Below the pieces are notes generated by a model. It searched no databases, was not told where the DNA came from, and saw only the letters and a list, made by a program, of their open reading frames with translations. Of a DNA stretch of 64,000 nucleotides, positions 53,301 through 62,106 are shown piece by piece (position 1 is the stretch's first letter; each line of letters opens with the position of its first letter). Position numbers and translations under genes: made by a program. The stretch covers positions 310,001 through 374,000 of the forward strand of contig JAYWIR010000034.1 of the NCBI GenBank assembly GCA_036172245.1, given 5' to 3'. This DNA is from Raillietiella orientalis. Its lineage: Eukaryota.

Positions 53301-55242
53301 AGGATTTGGTGCTTCCCCTTCCTCCTCCCTCCCTATTCTCGGAGCTACCCTGGACCTGGGGGTGAGGATATCCTCGCTCCTCGTGGAAAGAGAGACCAGG
53401 TCCCCCCCTTCCTTGGCTGCAGACAGGGGGAAACCGTCCTTAATCCTCCGCGAAAGCAGTAAAGGGGAGGGAGCTATCTCTTCTTGCAAGGACAGGGGCA
53501 AACTGCCTCCGGGGAGATCACCCCTGAGGCACTGGACCTCCGGCTCCCTGTCAGCGAAGTCTCGCTCTATTTGAGATCCTGAGGTCATGGCGAGGCGGGT
53601 GCCGGTGAACACCTGGGGACAGCATCGTCAGTTCCGGGAGGTTGCGAGGCTCCGACAGCCGTTCGATTTGCGGTGCTTCCGTCTTCCCCTCTGCGCACGC
53701 AGGGGGTAGAGTGCCCCCTTTGTGGGCTCTCCTGGAGGAAGGGAAGGAAGAGGGGGATTTCCCAAGTGGGATCTACAGGTCCATCCTCCCGGGGCTCGGC
53801 AGCCGCGCATGAGGAGGTGGAGGCTGCGCACGCGCACGCGGGAGCCATGGCTTGTCCACTGGCGACTCGACGTTCCTAGTGTTTTTCCTCTCCTCCTCTT
53901 TCTCCTTCTCCCGCAGGGGGGCTTCCAGGACGGCAAGCCCCAACCGAGAGGACCCCGAGAGCACCAGGCGCATGGAAGACCGCAAAGCTTACTTGCAGAG
54001 GGTGCTCAGGGTCTGCTTTTCCTTCTCCGGCCATTGCGGCTTCCGGTGGGACACGGGCGGGGATTGGCTCGACACGGGATGATAACGGGGAAGAGCAAGT
54101 AGAGTGGAAGATTCCGGGAATCGAGGAGGGCCGACGGTCAGCTCGCGTTTTCGGAAAGAGACGGGGTTCCGTCTTGAAGGCGCGGAGTGTCTCGGAAGTC
54201 CCGAGAGGAATCAGGGAGAAGACAGCTGCGTCACACCTGCCCGGGATCCCGTTCTTCCACTCTTAGAAAATCCTTGCACCGTGGATCTGTGGTGGAGCGA
54301 ATGGTTTCGGGACAAGAGAAGGATGGAACAGTCAGGCTGGCGCGGGAGGGCACCTGACGGGTTGGAATTTGTGGCAGGAAGAGGACGGGAAGAGAATGGG
54401 CTCACGTGGGAGGTTCGGTTCCACTGGGAGTGCGGCAGCCCCCGAAAGGATCGATCCAACCAAGGCAGATGCGGTGCTATTCTCCTCCTGCCCCTCTCTA
54501 CCCACCCCCATTACCTTCCCCGAGTTTACATGAATTCCTCAGCAGAGGAAGAGCCTCTCCATCCTCGGGATGTTTTGCTGATGGGAGGAGGATGTATTTG
54601 CCGGCCTCCTGACCTCCGGGACGTGGGGACAGCATCCCTCGAACGAGGCGCGATTCTCTCCCTGGAGGAGTCCTCCTTTGGCGCGTCACGGAAGAGGAGC
54701 GCGTATTTCCGACCGGGAGACAGCGGTAACTCGGTGCTCGCGAGAAACCGGCAGCGAGATCCCTGGAACCCGGCGGGAACCCGTCAGAAGTCTGCTTCCC
54801 CGCCATCTCGAAGAAGGTCGCCTGTTGGACTTTCCGAGAGGAAGAGAACCGCCCTTCTTCCCAGGAGAGCAACGAGCCTTGCACTTTTTCGAAATCCCTG
54901 GGACATGGAACCCTCTGGACCACTCATACTGTGAGACCACCCTAACACTCCTGCCCTCCCATGCTGACGAGCTGGGAAGGGAAAGGACAGGAAGGTGGAA
55001 GGTTCCCGATTCCGCAGCGATGAGAATCGGGAAGCGACCGCCTGCTCTCCCTCCCAGAGCGGATTCCCTCAATCCGAAGTGCTTCCACCTCGGCCCCGGA
55101 GGTACCTCCCCCGCTGACCTTTGCTGATGAGCCGGAGGCAGTGAGGAAAGTCTGCGGCGATCCTCTTTAACCGCTCCCGTTCCGCCTGCAGCTCCCGTAG
55201 GAGCCGCTCTCCGCGGACCCTGGAGTCGCCCTTGCCGTGCAT
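17171..55242 (-). CDS. KHDRBS: Whole-gene span: STAR-family KH-domain RNA-binding protein (KHDRBS/Sam68/SLM-like), 8-exon model, ~394 aa
   Basis: The exons join in frame via GT-AG introns: 55242-55119, 44711-44584, 41236-41120, 37652-37506, 29315-29114, 23039-22856, 18482-18415, 17385-17171. QUA1, KH (GPKG loop) and QUA2 motifs are recognisable. The last three exons and the true start are inferred only from splice signals and phase. Confidence 0.88.
18415..18482 (-). CDS. Putative KHDRBS-like exon 7 (Tyr/Pro-containing)
   Basis: Long T-tract acceptor ...tttatag|A (phase 2, matches exon 6) and consensus donor TAT G|gtaagt. Encodes (G)[22 protein letters not shown]; Tyr enrichment is consistent with Sam68-family tails. 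Confidence 0.65.
22856..23039 (-). CDS. Putative KHDRBS-like exon 6 (Lys/Ser-rich)
   Basis: Acceptor gtgcttttag|AT (phase 1, matches exon 5), strong donor GG|gtgagt (phase 2), open frame (D)[60 protein letters not shown]. No homology recognised. Confidence 0.6.
29114..29315 (-). CDS. KHDRBS: KHDRBS-like coding exon 5 (QUA2 plus start of low-complexity tail)
   Basis: Acceptor aattttcag|GAT. Begins [17 protein letters not shown], matching QUA2 'DYNDEIRQEQLREL'. The donor ATT G|gtaatc (phase 1) is less certain than the acceptor; an alternative phase-1 donor GTC G|gtacca lies inside the exon. Confidence 0.88.
30072..31559 (+). CDS. Candidate nested antisense multi-exon gene in KHDRBS intron 4, unknown product (~217 aa)
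   Basis: Phase-consistent chain of GT-AG-bounded open segments: 30072-30268, 30350-30389, 30469-30558, 30688-30711, 31205-31474, 31527-31559. A 61-nt intron-like stretch (29986-30046, gtgagt...tttgttctag) lies upstream. No homology recognised; splice sites were chosen by eye. Confidence 0.35.
37506..37652 (-). CDS. KHDRBS: KHDRBS-like coding exon 4 (C-terminal half of KH domain)
   Basis: Not in the ORF track in this frame; read manually. Acceptor ttttgtgttccag|, donor CCG|gtcag, 147 nt. Encodes [49 protein letters not shown], typical of Sam68/SLM (EEELR...HL...LHV...EAY.RM..A..E..KFL.P). Confidence 0.96.
39070..39093. repeat. (AC)12 microsatellite
   Basis: Uninterrupted AC dinucleotide run seen directly. 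Confidence 0.95.
41120..41236 (-). CDS. KHDRBS: KHDRBS-like coding exon 3 (KH core with GxxG loop)
   Basis: Acceptor ttctttgcag|, donor AAG|gtaacc, 117 nt, phase 0-0. Encodes [39 protein letters not shown], the diagnostic STAR KH signature. Confidence 0.97.
44584..44711 (-). CDS. KHDRBS: KHDRBS-like coding exon 2 (end of QUA1, linker, start of KH)
   Basis: Acceptor gtattttag|AA, donor CGG|gtaaga, 128 nt. Encodes (E)[42 protein letters not shown], matching the STAR 'KVLIPVKQYPK'-type segment. Confidence 0.93.
49081..49811 (+). mobile_element. tRNA-headed SINE-like interspersed repeat, copy A
   Basis: Collinear similarity with 57409-58181 (shared blocks include aggatcgac, ggaatcaaggagc, ggaacggactccttcctccg, catgcaccctc, tgtggacctgtgtcaaagagc). 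B-box-like GAGTTCCAATCCC at 49135-49147 lies ~30 nt after an A-box-like tgcctgcgttgg. A-rich tail at ~49796-49811. Confidence 0.7.
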
Positions 55243-56350
55243 CCTCGTCGTCCCGGCTGCCGATGCGTCGCATGGAAACGAGCACTGCTGCCACGCGGCC
55301 GCCTTCTCGCACGGTACTGTCGGCTGAGCCGTCCGCAGCTGAGGGCCGTCCGCTTTCTCCGCACGCCGCTGCAAGCCTTGGCGCGCGCGTCCGTCCTCAG
55401 GGGCGGTTGCGGCTGTCGTCAGGGGATTCGCTGCGAACGCGGCAGCAGAGGGACCGAAACAGAAGGTGGACTGAAACTGCGAGTAGTAGTGGCGCTCCCC
55501 AGGGATGCGCGGTCCTTCGGGAAGGAAGTAGGTGCACGCGGATCTCGCAGGCCAGCTCCATGGCAACGGCCTGGGAACAGCCGCACACATCATCGGTCCG
55601 CGGACCCACTTACTTTCGGTCCCTTCCCTTCTCTGAATCACGTGAGGGTGGGTGGTTTTGCGGCGAGACAGAGAACGCGAAAGTCTAGGGCTGCAGGAAG
55701 ACGCACAGGACGCGCGAAGAGGTCCGTTTTCTCCCTCCCTGAAGGTCACGATTCCGGTGAAAGCTAGTTAGGGATCCAAAGGCGCAGGAGCAGGTCAGGA
55801 CAGCGACCTGGGGGGCAGTTCAGGAGTCTGGAAGGGACATCGCCCAGGACATCTGACGAAGGTCCATCCAGCTTCCTTCGTTCCACCAGGGGCACCCTAT
55901 TCCGTTTCGGAGAGGAATGGGTAGGAACTGGTTCTCCCAGTCATCGATGGTCCTCAACAGACTGCTGGCCACGGCCTTAGAAGTCCTCGGCTGTGGCAGC
56001 AGCTGCGAGTGGATAAGCAGAGAGTGGCATCCAACGATTATCGGGATCTTGTGCCCTATTCTCTCTCCAGACCCATTCCTCCCATGCTGGGAATTTTTCA
56101 GTAGCAAGAGGTTCCCCTGCGCAAGCATCGCGTTCCGCCTCGAGGCGAGCTCTTCGCATGGTCCGCTCGCTGCCGGGAGCTCCGCTTCCGGCTTCAGAAG
56201 GTCGAGCGATGGCGCAGCGTGCGACGATCACACCGTTCTGCGTGCTGTCGCCGATCCTGGATGCCGTTCCAGGAAAACGGGATTCCGGTGAGAAGTGACT
56301 CGCGGGAACTCCAACACCGCACTCTTTCCGCTTTTCGATCTCTATTTTCG
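49850..56350. promoter_or_regulatory. GC/CpG-rich domain around the first coding exon and 5' part of intron 1 of the KHDRBS-like gene
   Basis: Visibly much higher GC and CpG density than flanking DNA (not computed), with many overlapping Arg/Pro/Gly-rich spurious ORFs. A regulatory role is inferred from position only. Confidence 0.45.
55119..55242 (-). CDS. KHDRBS: KHDRBS-like coding exon 1 (QUA1 dimerisation helix)
   Basis: Translates [41 protein letters not shown], resembling Sam68 QUA1 ([23 protein letters not shown]). Donor AAAG|gtcag is phase 1 and joins exon 2 to give ...ISK-E-IEKVQ (cf. Sam68 AEIEKIQ). The start could lie further upstream because the frame stays open. Confidence 0.8.
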
Positions 56351-57408
56351 TGATCACCTACTGATCAAAGGAAAGCCCCGGATGCAGCTTGTATCAGCTC
56401 CACTTATGTATCCGGGCATTGCAACTAGCCGGCGATGACAATTCGGCAGTAGCATTTGATCTCAGAGGCAGCTCGTACATCTCAAGTTTGTGATGCCGAC
56501 TTTTCCTCTCACTCAGGAACGATCGTCTGGAGCTCAGGAACTGCAGGGAATTCGTAATCGAGTAATCTCTTGGATTCGGTACCTCCCACTCATGACTTTG
56601 TCCTCTTCACACCGCCATCACACAAAAATTAAAAATACGCTGGACACTGGAGTTCAGGGTAAGATGTGACAACGAAGGCTGATGCACAGCCTCCGTTGCC
56701 TCATCCTTGATGGTTTCTTGTCCGCAAGACTCTTCAGCGACCAGATCCTTCTTGTTCATAAGTCCTTCAGCTCTGTTAACTAGGCAGAAAGTTGCTACTG
56801 CTGCTGCTTTCTGGTTCCTGCTAGGCTTGCACAGAGACCATGGCAGTGCTGCTGTGGTATTCCAATGTCTTTAAGCATTTTCCGGAGCAGATTTGACCTG
56901 AACCCACTTTTCGATTAAAAACCACTCCCGGCAAGGGCGAATGATGGCAAAGAAAAGCAGCATGGGGTGACATTTTCCGGCCAGCTCAGACAAATGGACC
57001 TCGGACAGAACAGTGGTTTGTAGGCGAGGTCGTCCAGGTTCTTTTCTTTTCTTCAAAATGACGACAGTCCGATGAAGTTCCGACAGAGGATTTCCCGTGC
57101 CGTGTTAGAAAGTCTTGCTCGGGACAATGGCCCAGCCCAATTCGCTTCACTCTCCTCAGCTCCCACCATGACCCTGTCTCAGCAGGACTGCTCTGCGGAT
57201 CGCAAGAGAAAATGAAGAACCATCTCGAATATCGATGGAGCATTCAGCACTGATTTCCAAGGCAGCAGAACAATTTCATCTGGGACGTAAAGGAATCTGC
57301 TCGAGCCATTGAGTAACTCTGATGCCCAATGCAAGTTCCAAGCCGGAACAGACTCCACTGCGGTACCTATCTAAAGGTCTGACTGCAGCTCATCCGTGTC
57401 CTCCTGAG

Positions 57409-58181
57409 GGCCCGCCTTAGATGCCGCGCGGCTGCGGTCTCCGCGCGTGGTCACAAGCGCTGCGGATTCGAATGCCGTCCTTAGAAGGATCGACCCCAGA
57501 GAAATGGGAGCGTCGTGAGTTTTGAGTCCCCCTGCAGGATGGCGCTGGTTGGCCGATAGGTTTCGGGTGCAGAACTGGTGGCAGCCGGAAACCCTATGTC
57601 CCTGCTGACTGGCGTGGAATAAAAGCTGACCATCCAGGGTCCTTCGAGGAATCAAGGAGCACCGGTTCCCTCCGGGATTGTTCCTCTCCGGTTTGAGGAT
57701 GGAATGGGACCCCATTCGGGCGGGGGTTGCCTCTACAGATTGTAAGAAACTCACTCCTCGCTTCGGGAAGCGCCCTTCAGAGAAATTTGGAGCCCCCTCT
57801 TCTTGATTCTTTTTAGAGGAGGAAGCCAGGAGCGGTTTTCTTGCAGGTTCCCTCTAGAGAAAAAATTTAGGAGCAGATACTTCCCGAAACAATGGAGCGG
57901 TTCCCTCCGGAGGATTCCTTTGGAGATGACAAGGAAGAGGTTCCCTTCGGAGACAACCAGGGTGGAGGGTTCCCTCCGGGGCTCTCCTACCAATCATGAG
58001 AGGAACGGACTCCTTCCTCCGGGGCCTTCCTGAATTCATGGAGTGGCCTCTCTGGGGCTACACCCTAAATTAAAGAGTCAGCATGCACCCTCAGGTGATG
58101 TGGACCTGTGTCAAAGAGCTTCGTAAAGCACCCTTTGAGGAGGCAGATGGTCCTCCAGCACTTGGTGAACCAAAAAAAAAA
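57409..58181 (+). mobile_element. tRNA-headed SINE-like interspersed repeat, copy B
   Basis: Same orientation and block order as copy A. B-box-like GGATTCGAATGCC at 57464-57476; ends gaacc followed by an A10 run at 58172-58181. Confidence 0.7.
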
Positions 58182-58221
58182 CTGGAAGGAAAACACCGAA
58201 AGCAGAAGGACCTCCCAAAAT

Positions 58222-58760
58222 TTCCATCATTATGCTGTTGGACTGTGCCGCCCTTCGACTCCTTTGGGATCGCCTCGAGACGATCCTAGCAATCCCAGCG
58301 GGCGGCCCCAGGGATATTTTTAAGCGCCTCTTCGCGCTTGCTGCTCTGTCGCCAGCTGCATCTCTAGCAGTTCTCTGCTGTGTCCGCAGAATCATACAGC
58401 CTGGAACTCAGGAAAAGAGTCCGGAATGGCAGGGGCGCCATTCAGTGGGCGCGAATCTTCCTGAGGACCGCCTCGAGATGGTCCCACCTGGGCACTATCC
58501 AGACAGAACTTGAAAGCATCCTGAACAGGGCTCAGAGGTCACCTGGCAGCGTACCGTGATCCCGTCCTCGATTTCCCCCTTCCCCGTGTATAAATTCCCT
58601 TCCCCTGTTTTCTTTGTTTATTTTTTGTTTTTGTTTTTCTCTCCCCACACTGATGAAGAGGACCTCACCGGTCTGCTCACCGGTCCCCGGCAGGTTCATT
58701 GCGAGTGGTAGAACCAACGGTTCTACTAGAACATGTACTTTCATTACTCTAATTAATAAA
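58222..58760 (+). mobile_element. 5'-truncated, degenerate L1/Tx1-like LINE 3' end (copy 1)
   Basis: MLLDCAALRLLWDRLETILAIPAGGPRDIFKRLF aligns with copy 2 (LLLDCGVLLEL*QRLETALISQKGTARDVLRWFF), i.e. the end of the ORF2 CCHC zinc knuckle. It is followed by a pyrimidine/T-rich 3' UTR and AATAAA at 58755-58760. Confidence 0.65.
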
Positions 58761-59299
58761 TGCCTCGGCATAACTGGGTGATAATTATCCTAGGAATTAG
58801 GGTCCCAACTGGGGATCTCATGATGGCTGGCAATGATCAGCGATCAGTGCCAGCTGTCGGCAGCGCGGTGAATCAGGAAAGTCTCCAGTTTCAGCGCTGA
58901 CCGAGGAATACTACCTAGAGAGAATTCATCGAGGACCAGTGCGACTGCCCTCCATCACAGAAATGTCGCCGAAGAGATCGATACTCTGCGAAAGTGTACA
59001 CCCTCCGAATTGGATACATATCATAGCTGCTTGCAATAATCTTCCACAATTTTCTCCACCAAGCCATGAGGCTGGAAGCTTGCTGACCGTTCACCCTGCT
59101 CGGTGACCCTGAATATGTCTCCAGCACATGTCCTGACTCTGCTGTGCTGTGGCATGCCATCTCCTTCGTGATTTCTGCCCCTGAGACAGGGAACCTGATT
59201 CTCAGAATACGCCTTCCTTCCTCAGTACCAGAGCTCCTATCACCAGCTCCCCCGAAGAAGTCGGAACTGGTCTGGCGCAAACAAGGAAACAGGGTTTTC

Positions 59300-60836
59300 T
59301 GCGTCTCCCCTCCTCACTTTGTCCCTCTTCGGCCCAGAGTGGCGACTCGCACGGGCAGGAAACGATCGAGTACGGCGGTCAGGACTTCAAAGAGCGGGCG
59401 GTCCTGCGAAAGAACCAATTCGCTCTTTTCGGGATCAACTAGTATCGAGACCACCAGCTCTAGTTTTTCCTGTGCCATTCCTCCTCGACTAAATCGGCTG
59501 TGCGTTTTTGGCGAGGAAGAGGAAACTCCGGGCGCGGAGTTTCAGAATGCTACCCGAGGAATATTCCTGCGTCTGGCTGTTCCTGACCATTGGATGTGCA
59601 GCTTTTCCCTGCTCTTTTCTCTTTAATGGAGCCAGGCAGAAATCCAGGTTCTCCAAATGCTTGCCATTAGAGGAGAGGGCTGTAATATCGATGTTACCGA
59701 CAAGGCGTGCCTACTTCCGGAACTTAGTATTCTAAGGAGTGCGCCGAGATCTTTGCCCCCTGTGACATCTGTTGCCACACCTCTGAAAGTGGTGATGCCG
59801 GACGCGGTGAAATAGTCGACCCTGGCCGACACACCCCTCACCGCAGCTCTGTCTGTCCTCAGGGCAAGGAACGACAGTAGCCTACCGGAGATGTGGGAGT
59901 TTTTCTGCACCATCGTGGGAAGGGCGAAACCCTTTGGCGGCTGGAAGACGCCCTACTTGGTGGATGCTGCCACTCTGCGTGCTTTGGAGACAGAGCTCCT
60001 TCGGTGGAGCGAAGTTTTGAGTGCTGCCTCTGAAGAACTTGTGTTCCCTTCTCATTGTGTGAATACCTTAGTGTTCCCTCTTTTATGGAAACAAAACGTG
60101 CTCTTCCTCCACTAGGAATCCCACTGCAACGAGCGCCGGCATCAAGTTTCACAAGGTTTGCATCCCAGTCCTGTGCCGGGTGCGGATCGACGGAGTCGAT
60201 CCCACATCTGCTTTTAGACTGCGGTGTCCTTTTGGAACTGTGACAGAGGTTAGAAACAGCACTCATAAGCCAGAAGGGCACCGCTCGAGATGTACTGCGA
60301 TGGTTCTTTGCCCCGGAGGACTCCCGACAAGCGCGGTGATCGTTACCATGGGTTGCATCCATGCCATCGTCACGGCCCGCTATGTACTCGAGACGACCAC
60401 ACTGCAGTGAAGGGAGGTCACCGGAATGGCAGCCGCCTATATGAGGACGCCCGCAAGGTGGCTTCACCGGAAGAAGTGTAGGAGATCGCCGGCATCTATC
60501 TGGCTCTGGTCTTAGGAAAGTTAGGAACGGAGACCGGCGACACATGTTTTCAGCCCCCCTTTATTTTTTTTATTTTTTCCTCATTCCTCAGCCCCCTTTG
60601 CTCTGTGAATGCCCCGGTGTTCTTTCTTTGTTGTGATCCCAGTGCGCACGGAGCGAACCAAAGATCCCTGCTCAATCCCACCGGATCTCTTGTTTTCTTG
60701 TATGTTGTCCTCGCTCTCCTCCTGCGTTCTGGACTATTGCTTATCCCGACCTGCGTGTCGGTGGACCCTCCCCTTAAACTTCTTCTGTCTTCGGCTGGGA
60801 ACTGCTTACCCAACTGGTTTACTTTTATAAAATAAA
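59300..60836 (+). mobile_element. Degenerate L1/Tx1-like LINE 3' fragment (post-RT region, zf-RVT knuckle, 3' UTR; copy 2)
   Basis: CAGCGSTESIPHLLLDC (~60172-60222) fits the C-x2-C-x3-E-S-x2-H-x4-C zf-RVT knuckle of non-LTR ORF2. Frameshifted remnants FKERAVL/NSLF, SFLFNG...CLPLEE and HAIVTARY resemble L1/Tx1 post-RT motifs. T-rich 3' UTR and AATAAA at 60831-60836. The 5' boundary is approximate. Confidence 0.72.
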
Positions 60837-61938
60837 CTCCCCGTCGTGACCGAGTGAAAAACTTCTGGAACTTAGAAACAATCACATTAACGCACTTTCC
60901 ATCCCAAAATTCTATTCGCCTGGGATCCGGATGTGAATTTACAGCTCGCACGGGATGCGTGTGCGTCGAATCCCCACTCCTTCCTCCCTTCACTTTTCCA
61001 GATTCGCGGTGCATGTCTGTCCTGAAGACGACTCCTCCTCCGCGGTCCTTGGCACGCACTGCCTAGGCGTGCAGCTCTGCGGACAGCACACGCAAGCCCG
61101 TAACGTCGTTTGCACGTCAGTCTTCTCGGGTCGTCCGCGTCCGTCGCTTGCAAGAGGCGATCCGGGCGTTTCTGCCACCACTGCCGTACTGAAAACGTCC
61201 GCATCCGTCGGATGTAGCTCTCACGCACTCACCGAGCGGCTCTGGGCAGCGCCGTGTGTTCCCTCTCGCTGCTGGCTCCTCCCTGTCGTAAAGGCTCATC
61301 TCTTGTTGATCTACTCGGAAGACAATTTCCCGGACGATCAGCTTACCGGGCGATTGGCTGCGGGGGAGGAGAGCCGCCTAACCAGCCGTGATAATCCTGA
61401 GAAGATGAGAAATTTGCTGATTCTGAGAGCTGACTGGGGAGGATCCGCGAGCCGATGCTGATTGCCAGGAGGGAAAGAAACGGAAAACGAGATGGAAAGA
61501 ACCTCCTGTGGCACACGGTTCCCAGGAAACGCTCCGAAGTGAAGGATAAGCATCTCCAGTATTGTCGTCGGGAAGACAACTGGGAGAAAGCGAGAGGAAA
61601 GTGGGAAAAAGAACAGGGAGACCCGCGAAAAACGAGGAACCTAGGAACTCAGGGAGCAGCATCGAAGCTCCGAGGCGCTCTGACCGCTTCTGCATAAACT
61701 CGGAAGTATCCGGGAAGCATCGGCAGGGACTGTTTAAGAGTGGAAATCAGCCGATCTCTTCCTTTCTCTCTCTTTCTCTTTTTTTGCCTGGAAGGTTTGT
61801 TAAAGGTCCACGACGCATTCCCGGATTTCTAATGGGGGTGCAGCTCCCTCCATGGGGCTGTGGCCTCAGCAGCGCAGCTGCGGATCTCCCGCTTCACCCG
61901 CGTGGAAAGAACGGGGCCATCACCGGGGTCCGACGGCT

Positions 61939-62106
61939 TCATGCCAAAGAAGTGTGGCTGCGAAGGTAATGGTTCTTGACGGTGTCGTGGATCACCACCG
62001 AGGTGACTGACTCGCTGCCCTTCGGATTGGAGGCGTTATCGAAGGAGCCAGGCTGTTGCTGATGCTGCTGTGATGACCAGTCCACGCCGTGGCCTCCCGC
62101 CGGCGT
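61939..62106 (-). CDS. Candidate terminal coding exon of an unidentified upstream gene
   Basis: Strong acceptor ctactgctttccctccccttgccag| followed by the open frame TPAGGHGVDWSSQQHQQQPGSFDNASNPKGSESVTSVVIHDTVKNHYLRSHTSLA*. No homology and no linked upstream exon established. Confidence 0.25.
   Translation of the reverse strand, partial: TPAGGHGVDWSSQQHQQQPGSFDNASNPKGSESVTSVVIHDTVKNHYLRSHTSLA

Noticed and set aside
51925..54934. Long ORFs (308, 276, 173, 170 aa and others) as protein-coding genes
   Set aside because: They overlap in multiple frames on both strands, are Arg/Pro/Gly/Ser-biased and show no recognisable domains, as expected from stop-codon scarcity in GC-rich DNA.
57660..58030. 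GGTTCCCTCCGG recurrences as a CRISPR-like array
   Set aside because: The units are short, degenerate and irregularly spaced, the context is eukaryotic, and there are no cas genes.
49081..58181. The two direct repeats as LTRs of an 8-9 kb LTR retrotransposon
   Set aside because: No TG...CA termini, PBS/PPT or gag/pol remnants between them. The interior holds the host QUA1 exon, and each copy has its own tRNA-like head and A-rich tail.
58650..58700. Hammerhead ribozyme (CTGATGA core, Penelope-like)
   Set aside because: CTGATGA is present but no GAAA follows a stem II, and no stems I/III could be formed.
61945..61990. TVKNHYLRSH as a Xi-class glutathione transferase motif
   Set aside because: The resemblance covers only a few residues and the flanking sequence does not fit the family.
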